Assembly: GCA_964424075.1 (NCBI GenBank)
Contig: CAYRGY010000003.1
Coordinates: 42,985-106,984 of the forward strand
Direction: 5' to 3'
DNA from: an uncultured Candidatus Peribacteria bacterium
GTDB taxonomy: Bacteria > Patescibacteriota > Gracilibacteria > UBA1369
Length of the DNA stretch: 64,000 bases
Shown: positions 37,079 to 47,300 of the stretch, piece after piece
How the letters are laid out: the number at the start of each line of letters is the position of its first letter
How positions within the stretch are numbered: position 1 is the stretch's first letter
Made by a program: the position numbers and the translations under genes
Notes under the pieces: generated by a model
What the model saw: the letters and a program-made list of their open reading frames with translations, nothing else
Told to the model about the DNA's origin: nothing
Databases searched by the model: none

Positions 37079-37158
37079 TACTCACGAACGAAGTAAGTGA
37101 GCGGCGAGCGAATATATCGCGAGCCAATAGCAATTCGAAGAATTGACTGATTTTCTAT

Positions 37159-37187
37159 TTGCCAAAAAGCGCGGTTGATATTAAAAT
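37159..37187 (+). promoter_or_regulatory. sigma70-type promoter for RNase P RNA
   Basis: TTGCCA, an exact 17-nt spacer, then TAAAAT. It ends about 8-10 nt upstream of the predicted P1 5' strand. Confidence 0.5.
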
Positions 37188-37196
37188 ACCAGCCAT

Positions 37197-37572
37197 GATT
37201 CCTATTAGTGAGCAATCACTGTGATCTTTAAGAACACAGAGGAAAGTCCGAGCACCACAGAGAAAGGTAACAGCTAACGGCTGTGGCTCTACCCTCATAA
37301 GGCAGAGTACGGAAAGTGCCACAGAGACAATACTAGCCAGCATTTGCTGGTGAAAGGTGAAAAGGCTCGCTCAGCGGGCAAAAGCTGGTAAAAACAGCAT
37401 TTCGGTAAACCCTACCCGGTGCAAAGTGGGATGGGAGAAGAAGGCAAAAGCTTACTCTCTGAAGCTCTTTACTCCCCACTGCAAGAGGCAATTGGCGACA
37501 ATTGTCCCAGATAGATGATTGCAATCATGCCTTGGCATGATACAGAACTCGGCTTATGATCTAATAGGTATC
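37197..37572 (+). ncRNA. rnpB: RNase P RNA (bacterial type A)
   Basis: Universally conserved P4 strands are present: GAGGAAAGUCCGAGC at ~37239 and ACAGAACUCGGCUUA at ~37542. Also present are AGUGCCACAGAGA and GGUAAACCCUACCCGGUGCAA. P1 pairs CCUAUUAG (37201) with CUAAUAGG (37561), P2 pairs GCAAUCA with UGAUUGC, and P3 is the hairpin CUGUG...CACAG. The ends are approximate, within about 5 nt. Confidence 0.9.
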
Positions 37573-37589
37573 AACTCTTATTATAAGGC

Positions 37590-39032
37590 ATGAAACCTAT
37601 TGAAATCATTTTTGGTCTAATTCGCATTCCGATAGATTATTTGATTACAATAGGTTCATTCATGCTGGCTTATTATCTGCGCTCCACCACCGACTTAATT
37701 CCCGGAGTGCAGCTTCCGGTAACCATTTCCGAATTTCCAACATTTCAGGAACACCTCCTTTTTAGCAGCATAGTAGCAGCTGTTTTAATTGCCATCATGG
37801 CCGCCAGCGGACTGTTTCAACTACGACAACAACTCAAATTATCCAAGCAATTCAGCCATATTTTAGTTTCCACCACTATTTGGCTTTTTGTTATCATATC
37901 CTATTATTTTATCATTAGAGCATTCCCCTATTCCCGTCTGGCTCTCTTCCACACCTGGTGGATGACCATTCTTCTGATCAGTCTGGCACATTGGATACTG
38001 CATCTCATCCAACAAAAAATGTACATTTCCGGGAAAATTCAGACCCGAGTCTTACTTGTTGGAATCAACAAAATTACCGAAGATTTCGCTAATCTTTATT
38101 TTAAGAATCCCCAACTTCAATGTGTCGGCTATTTAAATAATACAGAGCAGGACATACCCAAAATAAAATATCTGGGAACTCTTGCTAACTTGGAGCAAAC
38201 AGTCAAAAAAAAGCGCATAGAAAAAATTATTCAAATTTCCTCTAAGCTCTCCGAATCACAGGAAACCAACCTACTGGATTTCTGCCGCGAACATCATCTG
38301 GACTATAGCTTTATTCCTGATCAACTTGAGGTACAGCGCTCTAATATCGAAATTGAAACCTTCAATGGTATTCCGATGATCAACCTCAAACCAACACCTC
38401 TGGATGGCTGGGGTCGAGTAATCAAACGACTGTTTGATCTTATTGCAAGCTTATTTTTACTAGTAGCACTATCACCCATCATGTTAATTGTCGCAATTGC
38501 TATAAAACTTGAAGATCCAAAATCCCCTATCCTATTTATTAAAAATCCCGACGGCGCCAGAGTTAAGAGAGTCGGTCAGAAAGGTAAACTGTTCCACTTT
38601 TTTAAATTCCGCTCCATGATCCCCAATGCGCATAGTCTTAGGGACAAATATGCACAGCAAAATACTCGTAAAGACTCTCCTTTGGTCAAAATTAAGAATG
38701 ACCCCCGTATTACAAGGGTTGGTAAATTCATTCGTAAAACCTCACTGGATGAATTGCCACAACTTTGGAGCGTTCTTAAAGGAGATATGTCACTTGTCGG
38801 TCCACGACCGCATTTGCCAGAGGAAGTCGCCAAATATCAAAAACATCACAAATTTGTTTTAACCATCAAACCAGGTATCACCGGTTTGGCCCAAATCAGT
38901 GGACGTAGTGATTTGGACTTTGAAACTGAAGTTAAACTTGATACATATTATATAGAGAACTGGAGTTTATGGTTAGACATTAAAATCCTCTTCCAGACAA
39001 TCTTTGTAGTCTTCAAAAAATACGAAGAATAG
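37590..39032 (+). CDS. polyprenyl-phosphate glycosyl-1-phosphate transferase (WbaP/bacterial sugar transferase family)
   Basis: 480-aa ORF with N-terminal TM segments, a central Rossmann-like domain, and a C-terminal catalytic domain with DELPQLWSVLKGDMSLVGPRP. Confidence 0.85.
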   Translation: MKPIEIIFGLIRIPIDYLITIGSFMLAYYLRSTTDLIPGVQLPVTISEFPTFQEHLLFSSIVAAVLIAIMAASGLFQLRQQLKLSKQFSHILVSTTIWLFVIISYYFIIRAFPYSRLALFHTWWMTILLISLAHWILHLIQQKMYISGKIQTRVLLVGINKITEDFANLYFKNPQLQCVGYLNNTEQDIPKIKYLGTLANLEQTVKKKRIEKIIQISSKLSESQETNLLDFCREHHLDYSFIPDQLEVQRSNIEIETFNGIPMINLKPTPLDGWGRVIKRLFDLIASLFLLVALSPIMLIVAIAIKLEDPKSPILFIKNPDGARVKRVGQKGKLFHFFKFRSMIPNAHSLRDKYAQQNTRKDSPLVKIKNDPRITRVGKFIRKTSLDELPQLWSVLKGDMSLVGPRPHLPEEVAKYQKHHKFVLTIKPGITGLAQISGRSDLDFETEVKLDTYYIENWSLWLDIKILFQTIFVVFKKYEE

Positions 39033-39061
39033 CCTAGAATCCCTAAAATTCACACCCACAC

Positions 39062-41824
39062 ATGATTAAAAAAGCAATAGAGAAATTACTTGGTGATCCC
39101 AATCTAAAACAAATCAAGAAACTTCAACCACTGGTAGCACAAATCAATCAAATTGAAGAACAGTTTCAACAAGAAATAACGACAGATGATGCGATTAAAG
39201 CCAAAACCGAAGAATTTAAGTCACGCATTGCTAAAGGCGAAACTTTAGATGATTTATTACCTGAAGCTTTTGCTTTAGTCAAAACCGCCTGCCGACATTT
39301 AGACGGACGCCAATTCAAATTAACCAAATTATTTGAGAAAGACACTAATCAATCCGGTGATTCTGACAAGCCCAATTACACCTGGGAAATGATCCCTTTT
39401 GATGTGCAACTTTTGGGAGGAATTATCCTACATCAGGGTAAGATTGCAGAAATGAAAACCGGTGAAGGAAAAACTCTGGTTTGTACCATGCCGCTATACC
39501 TCAATGCACTAACCGGCAAAGGGGCTTTCCTTGTGACAGTAAACGAATATTTAGCTCAAAGAGATGCTGAATGGATGGGAATACTCTTCAACTTACTTGG
39601 CTTGACCGTAGGAGTTAACCTCTCCGGAATGAGCTTAGAACAAAAGAAAGAAGCCTATACCAATGACATTGTCTATGGCACCAACGGTGAATTCGGATTC
39701 GACTATCTGCGAGATAATATGGCCACCAGTTCTGAAAATTTAGTTCAAAAAACTCAAAATTTTGCCATTGTGGATGAAGTCGATTCGATTCTAATTGATG
39801 AAGCCAGAACTCCTTTGATTATTTCCGCTCCGGCCGAAGAATCCACTGAAAAATATCAACGCTACAATTCTTACATCAACAAATTGGTTGCCGACGAAGA
39901 CTACGAAATTGACGAAAAAATGAAAACCGCAACCTTAACCGAAAAAGGAATTGCCCGCATGGAAGAGATTCTGGGCATTGATAATATTTATACTGATGCC
40001 GGATTTGAAGAGGTTCATCACATCGAACAAGCTCTCAAAGCCAACACGATTTTTAACCTCGACACAGAATATGTAGTCAAAGACGGAGAAATCATTATCG
40101 TTGATGAATTCACCGGACGTCTTATGCCTGGCCGTAGATTTTCCGATGGTTTGCATCAAGCTTTGGAAGCTAAAGAAAATGTCGAAGTTAAACGCGAAAG
40201 TAAGACTCTTGCCACAATAACCTTCCAAAATTATTTTCGTCTTTTCCAAAAATTGGCAGGTATGACAGGTACAGCAAAAACTGAGGAAGAAGAATTCGAA
40301 CAAATTTATGGTTTAAGTGTTCTGATTGTTCCTACCAACAAACCAGTCGTTCGAAAAGATCAGTCCGATGTAATTTTTAAAAATGTTAGAGGGAAATTCA
40401 TCGCCATTGCCACCAGAGTTAAACAAGCCCATCAAATTGGTCAACCTGTCTTAATCGGCACGGTATCCATCGAAAAATCTGAGGCACTCAGTAAAGTGTT
40501 GGCAGATCGCAGCATTCCTCACAGCGTTTTAAATGCCAAATTCCATGAACAAGAAGCGGAAATTGTTGCGGGAGCCGGCGAAAAAGGTGCTGTCACCATT
40601 GCCACCAATATGGCCGGTCGAGGTACTGATATTAAAATGACAGAGGAAGTCAAAGGTTTAGGCGGACTCCTAGTCATCGGTACGGAAAGACATGAATCCC
40701 GTCGTATCGACAATCAGCTTCGCGGTCGTTCCGGTCGTCAAGGTGACCCGGGTGAAAGTCAGTTTTTCATTTCCATGGAAGATGAATTAATGCGCCTGTT
40801 CGGAGGTGAAAAAATTCGTTCCATGATGGAAAGACTAAATTTACCTGATGAAACCCCCGTGCAAAATCCACTAATCAGCAATTCCATTGAAAGCGCTCAG
40901 AAAAAAGTGGAAGGTCGTAATTTTGATATTAGAAAACATGTCGTGGAATATGATGATGTTATTAATAAACACCGAGAAATTGTTTACAAAATACGCCAAA
41001 AAATTCTCCATAATGAAAGTATCAAGAATGAAATTCTGCTAATCATAGCCAAACAAGCCGAAAGAATTGTTCTAAGCAACACTCTTCCAGACAAAAGACT
41101 TTATGATTATGATGAAATAGTAAATCAATTGGAATTACTGGACTCCTCAGTACGCTCAAAATTAGAACGTAAATTGCTGGAAGACTTGGTTGATAATGAA
41201 GCTTTAATTGATCATATAAAGACTTATCTGCAAGAGGTGTATGGCAACAAAGAAGATCAATTGACCGACCCAGAAGTACTTAGACAAATTGAAACCAATG
41301 TTTACCTCCGGACTATAGATCGACTCTGGATGGATCATATCGATCAAATGCAGGGATTACGAGAAAGCGTAGCATTACGTGGCTATGCACAACGCAATCC
41401 ACTAATTGAATATAAAGAGCAAGCCTTTACCAAATTCCAACAATTACTGGGAAATATTCAATTCAACACTTTGAATACACTGTTTAAGCTTGATCTTAAC
41501 CACCTACCCCCTCACCTCCTGAAAAGACCACCTTCCATATTGGAGACACTTCGCACCAATGCTGATCAAATTGAGGGAGGACTTCAATCTGCCATCAAAA
41601 AACACACCACCAGCTCTAACTGGAATTTACCCCAAGCAGACGATAAACCTCAACCATTTGGCACCACACCAAACACTCCCACTGCTGACAATGGTATCAG
41701 AGTAGTCAAAGCAGATAATGATCAAGCTGTTGATCCAAATTCACTTCCTTGCGCCAAATTGGGTCGCAATGAGATTTGTCCTGAATGCGGAGTCAAAGCT
41801 AAAAAATGTCCTAAACAAAAATAG
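39062..41824 (+). CDS. secA: preprotein translocase ATPase SecA
   Basis: 920-aa ORF with DEAD-motor motifs (MKTGEGKTL, DEVDSILIDEARTPLIIS, TNMAGRGTDI) and a Cys-containing C-terminal tail. Confidence 0.97.
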   Translation: MIKKAIEKLLGDPNLKQIKKLQPLVAQINQIEEQFQQEITTDDAIKAKTEEFKSRIAKGETLDDLLPEAFALVKTACRHLDGRQFKLTKLFEKDTNQSGDSDKPNYTWEMIPFDVQLLGGIILHQGKIAEMKTGEGKTLVCTMPLYLNALTGKGAFLVTVNEYLAQRDAEWMGILFNLLGLTVGVNLSGMSLEQKKEAYTNDIVYGTNGEFGFDYLRDNMATSSENLVQKTQNFAIVDEVDSILIDEARTPLIISAPAEESTEKYQRYNSYINKLVADEDYEIDEKMKTATLTEKGIARMEEILGIDNIYTDAGFEEVHHIEQALKANTIFNLDTEYVVKDGEIIIVDEFTGRLMPGRRFSDGLHQALEAKENVEVKRESKTLATITFQNYFRLFQKLAGMTGTAKTEEEEFEQIYGLSVLIVPTNKPVVRKDQSDVIFKNVRGKFIAIATRVKQAHQIGQPVLIGTVSIEKSEALSKVLADRSIPHSVLNAKFHEQEAEIVAGAGEKGAVTIATNMAGRGTDIKMTEEVKGLGGLLVIGTERHESRRIDNQLRGRSGRQGDPGESQFFISMEDELMRLFGGEKIRSMMERLNLPDETPVQNPLISNSIESAQKKVEGRNFDIRKHVVEYDDVINKHREIVYKIRQKILHNESIKNEILLIIAKQAERIVLSNTLPDKRLYDYDEIVNQLELLDSSVRSKLERKLLEDLVDNEALIDHIKTYLQEVYGNKEDQLTDPEVLRQIETNVYLRTIDRLWMDHIDQMQGLRESVALRGYAQRNPLIEYKEQAFTKFQQLLGNIQFNTLNTLFKLDLNHLPPHLLKRPPSILETLRTNADQIEGGLQSAIKKHTTSSNWNLPQADDKPQPFGTTPNTPTADNGIRVVKADNDQAVDPNSLPCAKLGRNEICPECGVKAKKCPKQK

Positions 41825-41825
41825 T

Positions 41826-42116
41826 ATGCTCAAAAAAGCCAATAGTATTTTAACCAATATTAGCAATTTCATTATTGGTTTTCTGGCAGGATCATTTATT
41901 TTTTTGTTATTAGTAAAATATTCCCTGGTCGGCAGCATACTATTCACTTTGGCTATTGGCTTCACGATAAATTACCTACTGGCAAGAAATAAAGATAAAA
42001 AGCCCCATCTGAAATGGATTAATCAGGGACTGTTTTACTTCAACATTACTCTGGCATTGCTATCAGTGGTCAGCTTCATACTAATAGCTGTACTCGCGAA
42101 TCATTCACTCAGCTAA
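41826..42116 (+). CDS. small hypothetical membrane protein
   Basis: The preferred start is the ATG at 41826, 2 nt after the secA stop; the track ORF from 41718 overlaps secA. The protein is 96 aa with three hydrophobic helices. Confidence 0.5.
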   Translation: MLKKANSILTNISNFIIGFLAGSFIFLLLVKYSLVGSILFTLAIGFTINYLLARNKDKKPHLKWINQGLFYFNITLALLSVVSFILIAVLANHSLS

Positions 42117-44554
42117 TCTACATAAATTTCACGTGGCTTAGCTCCATTAACAGGGCCAATCGCACCATTGTCTTCCATCAAATCTAAAAGCCTGGCCGCT
42201 CGGGCATAGCCAATTTTCAGGCGACGCTGCAACAGTGAAGCAGACGCTTTACGCTGTTCCATAACTACCTGCAATGCTTGTTCATACATTGCATCCACAT
42301 CAGAGGCATCGGAGTTAATCCCGGAATTGGGTAAACCTTGCACAGACTCTTTTAAAACTTTGGGAGAAACAATATCTACATGATAAACGGGATCGCCATG
42401 CAATTTAACATTATTTACCACCCGTTCAATTTCCTTAGATGAAACAAAGATACCCTGAATACGTGATAATTTACTGGTTCCACCAGGCAAATAAAGCATA
42501 TCACCTTTTCCAAGCAAATCCTCAGCGCCACCTCCATCAATGATGGTACGGGAGTCAACCTGAGAAGACACCGCAAAGGCAATTCTAGCAGGAATATTCG
42601 CTTTGATCAGACCGGTTATCACATCAACCGATGGTCTTTGAGTTGCTATCACCAAATGTAAACCTACAGCTCGAGCCATTTGCGCTATACGACAAATAGA
42701 TGCTTCAACTTCCTTTCCGGAAGCCATCATTAAATCTGCCAATTCATCAATAATAATAACAATTTTAGGCATTTTCTGTAAATCTCCACATTGTCCTTCA
42801 ATTGAAGTTTGCACTTCCTCATCATCCACTCTCTGCACAAATCCCTGCCCGTCTGACAAATCCATATCTGCAGCTTCCTCAATCAAATCTCCGCCTCCAT
42901 TTTTATTAGCCTTTTCAGCACATAAAGTATTATAGTCTTTAATATTTCGGCATCCCAATTCAGCAAATAATTGATAGCGCCGATTCATTTCTGACACAGC
43001 CCAACGCAAAGCAATAGCAGCCTTCTCCGGATCAGTAATCACCGGAGTCAATAAATGCGGTAATCCATTATAACCGGTTAATTCAACCCGTTTGGGATCA
43101 ACCAAAATCATGCGCAAATCCGCCGGTGAGTTTTGATATAGTAGCGACAAAATAAATGTATTCATACCCACAGATTTTCCTGATCCGGTAGCACCCGCTA
43201 TCAAAATATGAGGCATAGCACCCAGATCACCCACAATTGGTTTACCGGAAACATCCCTACCTAGTGGGAAGCGCAAATTGGAATCAAGTTCACTATATTC
43301 CTTGCTTTCCATAATTTCACGCAAATGCACCACTGAACGATTTTCATTTGGCACCTCAATCCCCACTAGTCCCCGCCCCGGAATAGGAGCTTCAATTCTA
43401 ATAGCATGAGCTGCTAATGCTAGGGCCAAATCATTTTTCAAAGTAGTAATTTTGGACAACTTAATACCTTCATGAGGTTTTAAAGTATACTGAATGACAG
43501 TTGGTCCAACATGAACATCATGCATAGAAACATCAATGCCGAATTGTTGTAATTTTTCCTGAATCTTTAAAGCATTGTCCGCCAACATTTCATCATCTAA
43601 AGCAATATCCGGAACCGCTGGTGATAGCAAATCCAAACTGGGTGCTTTCCAGTCAGAGGCAATATTGCCATCCCCTGAAGTTAATGCTTCATCTTCACTT
43701 TTGATCGGAATCTGTTTGGTTCTGTCATCTTTGCCGTCTTCAGAAACTTCCGGATCACTGGAAATATTCGCCCTCTTAATTTTAATTGTCGGTTCATCTT
43801 CATAATTTGCCGGCATCCCGAAATCACTGTCCGGCATTTTTTCAATATGCTTGATCACTTCTCTCGGATCAAAATCTTCTAATTCATCATCCTCTTCAAC
43901 TAATTCTTTCTGAGCCTTTCGTCTAGGAACTTCTTCCAAATCATCAACTCGATTGATTTTTACAAAATCAAAACTGGGTTTAAAAAAGTTAACTAAATCA
44001 ATTATCGAAATTTCAAAAGTCATCAAAATGCCAACTACAAATACTATAAAAAACACGACTGCTGACCCCAACGCTCCCATTTTAAACACTTCCAAAAACA
44101 AGAAATTCGTTACAAATCCGACATATCCACCATATTCTCCGGCTTGTGCAGAACTGTAAATTGCATCCATTGGTACATACAAATGCAATACAGACAATAC
44201 AGCCAAAGTCATCAGCACCATTCCAATCAGCTTAGAAACTGCCAAAGCAATTTTTTTAGATAAAAAGTAGTAAAGTGATATCGCGATTAACACGAATGGA
44301 AAAACATACACTCCCCAACCTAAAATCGGGCCAATGAATTCAAGCCAATATTCTCCTACTATACCAAAACTATTGTAAAAACTCAGTATAGTAAAAACAC
44401 CAACCGACAAATAAGCTATTCCATAGATATCCCTCAAAACAGAGCTTTTTAGATTCAATTCTAAAACAGGCTTCTGCTTTCGAGTAGTAATTCGACGACG
44501 CTTTCTGGTTGTTGCCGTCGAGCGAGTAGTTCGACGTTTCTTTTTTCTTGGCAT
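42113..44554 (-). CDS. ftsK: DNA translocase FtsK/SpoIIIE
   Basis: 813-aa ORF with an Arg/Lys-rich N-terminus, 4-5 TMs, an acidic linker, a motor domain with GATGSGKS, and a C-terminal gamma winged-helix domain. Confidence 0.95.
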   Translation of the reverse strand: MPRKKKRRTTRSTATTRKRRRITTRKQKPVLELNLKSSVLRDIYGIAYLSVGVFTILSFYNSFGIVGEYWLEFIGPILGWGVYVFPFVLIAISLYYFLSKKIALAVSKLIGMVLMTLAVLSVLHLYVPMDAIYSSAQAGEYGGYVGFVTNFLFLEVFKMGALGSAVVFFIVFVVGILMTFEISIIDLVNFFKPSFDFVKINRVDDLEEVPRRKAQKELVEEDDELEDFDPREVIKHIEKMPDSDFGMPANYEDEPTIKIKRANISSDPEVSEDGKDDRTKQIPIKSEDEALTSGDGNIASDWKAPSLDLLSPAVPDIALDDEMLADNALKIQEKLQQFGIDVSMHDVHVGPTVIQYTLKPHEGIKLSKITTLKNDLALALAAHAIRIEAPIPGRGLVGIEVPNENRSVVHLREIMESKEYSELDSNLRFPLGRDVSGKPIVGDLGAMPHILIAGATGSGKSVGMNTFILSLLYQNSPADLRMILVDPKRVELTGYNGLPHLLTPVITDPEKAAIALRWAVSEMNRRYQLFAELGCRNIKDYNTLCAEKANKNGGGDLIEEAADMDLSDGQGFVQRVDDEEVQTSIEGQCGDLQKMPKIVIIIDELADLMMASGKEVEASICRIAQMARAVGLHLVIATQRPSVDVITGLIKANIPARIAFAVSSQVDSRTIIDGGGAEDLLGKGDMLYLPGGTSKLSRIQGIFVSSKEIERVVNNVKLHGDPVYHVDIVSPKVLKESVQGLPNSGINSDASDVDAMYEQALQVVMEQRKASASLLQRRLKIGYARAARLLDLMEDNGAIGPVNGAKPREIYVD

Positions 44555-44608
44555 ATGGATTTTTGTTTAACGTGATAAATATAGCAAAAACCATGATGGA
44601 AGCCAAGA

Positions 44609-44925
44609 CTAGCGCAACTTATCACGTAAACAACTAATTTGATTGACCATGCACTGCTTATAATCTCGATCTGCTTCAGCAGCAGGCTTCTTTCCATTGG
44701 TAGCATTTTTAGTATGACAATCCTGGAAAATTTGCTCACAATCTGTTAAAGCATCATGCTGCCTATCCCCTTTAATAGCTCAGTAACAGCTTGCGAAGCT
44801 TCTGTGCGCATAATTATCAACTCTGACATTTTCATATCAACAGTAGGCTCTTCATCTTTCAATAAATCACAACCCTGTGATAAACTTGCGCACGACGCCA
44901 CAAATACTAAGTCTCTTAATTTCAT
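44609..44925 (-). pseudogene. small Cys-rich lipoprotein gene split by a frameshift (or a 59-aa lipoprotein plus a startless 3' fragment)
   Basis: The ATG at 44925 gives MKLRDLVFVASCASLSQGC... (lipobox LSQGC), 59 aa, with a stop at 44746-44748; it falls below the track cutoff. A different frame stays open from ~44790 to the stop at 44609-44611, encoding ...HDALTDCEQIFQDCHTKNATNGKKPAAEADRDYKQCMVNQISCLRDKLR with no start codon. The frames overlap around the run AAAGGGG. Confidence 0.4.
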
Positions 44926-44965
44926 AATAATTGTTAGAACTCGAATAATAACTAAATTTAAATAA

Positions 44966-46579
44966 ATGTCAAACTCTCAGATAATTACTCGATTTGCCCC
45001 TTCTCCAACAGGTTTTGTTCATATTGGCAGCCTCCGCACCTGCTTATATAATTATCTTTACTCTAAAAAACACCATGGTAAATGCATTCTCAGACTGGAA
45101 GACACCGACCAAACGCGACTAGTGGAAGGAGCAGCTGAAAACATGGTAAAGGTTTTTCAAGATTTGGGTATCGAATTTGACGAAGGCCCAGTCAAAATCG
45201 CTCCCAATTCCGATCTAAAATACAATCTTGAACAAATCGGCGCAAATGGCCCCTATATACAATCAGAGCGAACTGAAATCTATCAAAAATACGCTCAACA
45301 ATTAATTGAATCCGGCCATGCATACTATTGTTTTACGACTCCGGAAGAACTTGACCAAATGCGCAAAGAACAACAAGAAGCTGGACTTGCCCCCATGTAT
45401 GACCGACGAGCCCTCAAACTTACACCTGAAGAAATTCAAGCTAATTTGGCTGCAGAAAAACCACATGTAATCAGACTGAAAATGCCACGTGATCAGAAAA
45501 TTGAATTTCAAGACAAAATCAGAGGCAAAGTTTCCTTCATGGGCAATCAAATTGATGACCAGGTTTTGATAAAATCTGACGGCATGCCTACCTATCACCT
45601 AGCCTGCGTTGTCGATGATCATTTAATGGGAGTTACCGATGTTATTCGCGGTGAAGATTGGCTGGCTTCCACCCCCAAACACATAGTCATGTTCAGAGCT
45701 TTCGGTTGGGAAACACCCAGATTTGCCCATATTCCTCTAATTCTCAATGCCGATAAATCAAAACTATCCAAACGACAAAATGATGTCTCAGTGGAAAGTT
45801 ATTTGCAAAAAGGCTATCTCAAGGAAGCACTATTAAATTATATGGCACTGTTGGGATGGCATCCAGGTAAAGGAGTTGAAACTGAAATCTTCAGCCTTGA
45901 TGAATTAATTGAATTCTTTTCTTTGGAAGGAGTACACAAAGGAGGTGCAATTTTTGATTTGGAAAAACTAAATTGGTTCAACTGGCAGTGGCAAAAAAGA
46001 AAGTTTTATGGAGCTCTTGATCAAGTTGCTACTGAAATTGATCCTCAAGTTCACATCGAAACTGATAAACGTGATAATAGGATTTACAACTTCGAAAATC
46101 CTGCAAATAAAGACCAATTCCAGCAAAAAAGAGCTGAAATGTTATTTGAGCAAGTAAAACCTTATTTAGAATCGAAATATTCATCTGATCAAGCCAAACT
46201 ACACAAAGCACTACTGGTCAACGAAGAAAAAATTATCAAATCTCCTCAACTAATTAATGATTTAATTTTTTATTTTTATGAACCAAAAGAATTAGACACC
46301 GAACTTTTGACTAATCAAAAAATGGGTGTTGATAGTGCTGAAAAAGCCAAAGATTCTTTATCATTTTGCAGTAATGTTTTGTCTTCAATTGAGTTTAATA
46401 ATCTAGAAGAAATTAAAAGCTCTTTGATTGCAAAAATTGCTGAAGCAGGTCGCAAAAACGGTGAAGTACTTTGGCCCCTAAGAGCTGCGCTAACTCATGA
46501 GCAATTCTCAGTCGGAGCTTTTGAAACCGCCTGGGTAATAGGAAAAACTGAAACACTAAAAAGACTTGCCGAAATCTAG
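44966..46579 (+). CDS. gltX: glutamyl-tRNA synthetase
   Basis: 537-aa ORF with class I motifs (HIGSLRT, KLSKR) and RFAPSPTG. Confidence 0.95.
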   Translation: MSNSQIITRFAPSPTGFVHIGSLRTCLYNYLYSKKHHGKCILRLEDTDQTRLVEGAAENMVKVFQDLGIEFDEGPVKIAPNSDLKYNLEQIGANGPYIQSERTEIYQKYAQQLIESGHAYYCFTTPEELDQMRKEQQEAGLAPMYDRRALKLTPEEIQANLAAEKPHVIRLKMPRDQKIEFQDKIRGKVSFMGNQIDDQVLIKSDGMPTYHLACVVDDHLMGVTDVIRGEDWLASTPKHIVMFRAFGWETPRFAHIPLILNADKSKLSKRQNDVSVESYLQKGYLKEALLNYMALLGWHPGKGVETEIFSLDELIEFFSLEGVHKGGAIFDLEKLNWFNWQWQKRKFYGALDQVATEIDPQVHIETDKRDNRIYNFENPANKDQFQQKRAEMLFEQVKPYLESKYSSDQAKLHKALLVNEEKIIKSPQLINDLIFYFYEPKELDTELLTNQKMGVDSAEKAKDSLSFCSNVLSSIEFNNLEEIKSSLIAKIAEAGRKNGEVLWPLRAALTHEQFSVGAFETAWVIGKTETLKRLAEI

Positions 46580-46618
46580 ATAAAAGTGCAAAATGTTCCC
46601 TGTTTATTAATACTTCAA

Positions 46619-46993
46619 ATGAACTTCAACGAGTTACAACAAATAGTTAAGTACATCAGAAAATCCATGCCTTGTCCTAATTGCAAAAAAACCTATTACA
46701 GCCAGGATATTGAAGTGCTGTCAACTTTTGACGATCAAGGCCTCTATCATCTCAATTGTCACAATTGCCAAAATCAATTACTTGTACATGTTACAGTCAG
46801 TGAGCAAGAAACTAAATTAGAAGAAAAAGGTTCACCAAAACAACAAATTGAGGCTAAACCGGCTATGCTAGAGCGCAAGCATCACTCAATCATATCAACT
46901 AAAAAAGATGTCTCTCTCAACGATGTCATTGATGTTCATCAGTTTTTAAACAGCTTTGATGGAGACTTCAAAACATTATTTTCCAAAAAATAA
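46619..46993 (+). CDS. hypothetical zinc-ribbon protein
   Basis: The preferred start is the ATG at 46619 (MNFNELQQ); the track uses a GTG at 46586. The cysteine pattern CPNC...CHNC indicates a zinc ribbon. No family was recognised. Confidence 0.5.
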   Translation: MNFNELQQIVKYIRKSMPCPNCKKTYYSQDIEVLSTFDDQGLYHLNCHNCQNQLLVHVTVSEQETKLEEKGSPKQQIEAKPAMLERKHHSIISTKKDVSLNDVIDVHQFLNSFDGDFKTLFSKK

Positions 46994-46997
46994 AACT

Positions 46998-47300
46998 ATG
47001 AAAAAGGTCTTTCTTTTTAGCTTACTCATAGCAACTGTCGGCGTTTTTTTAGTAGGATGCCAAGAAATACAGCAAACCCGAGATCAGGTTCGATCAGAGT
47101 TCGATAAAGGTGTTCAAAAAGCATCAGAAGTAAAACAAAGCGTTCAAGATACCACTACAGGCGTAAAAGACTCACTGGATAAAACCAAAAACACAGTTTA
47201 TGAAAAAATTGACCAAGTCAATAAGGCAAAAGACAAAGTAAATAATGCCATGGAAGCAGTTGGAGAAGCTCAAAAAGCCGTATCCAACGTAACAAATTAA
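46998..47300 (+). CDS. small lipoprotein (helical, Lys/Gln/Val-rich)
   Basis: The preferred start is the ATG at 46998 (MKKVFLFSLLIATVGVFLVGC, lipobox LVGC); the track start at 46956 overlaps the previous gene. The repeated (K/Q)xVxD(T/K) heptad-like pattern resembles LEA/YtxH-type stress proteins. Confidence 0.6.
   Translation: MKKVFLFSLLIATVGVFLVGCQEIQQTRDQVRSEFDKGVQKASEVKQSVQDTTTGVKDSLDKTKNTVYEKIDQVNKAKDKVNNAMEAVGEAQKAVSNVTN

Noticed and set aside
37155-37524. Two minus-strand ORFs (62 and 63 aa) in the gap between the TPR and sugar-transferase genes.
   Set aside because: The region carries all universal RNase P RNA motifs and helices on the plus strand. The ORFs are chance frames across a structured RNA gene.
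44461-44965. Track ORFs 44461-44739 (-, 92 aa), 44370-44606 (-) and 44756-44965 (+, 69 aa) in the ftsK-gltX intergenic region.
   Set aside because: The compositions are implausible and they overlap the ftsK start or each other. The minus-strand lipoprotein reading (signal peptide plus lipobox, Cys-paired C-terminal part) explains the region better.
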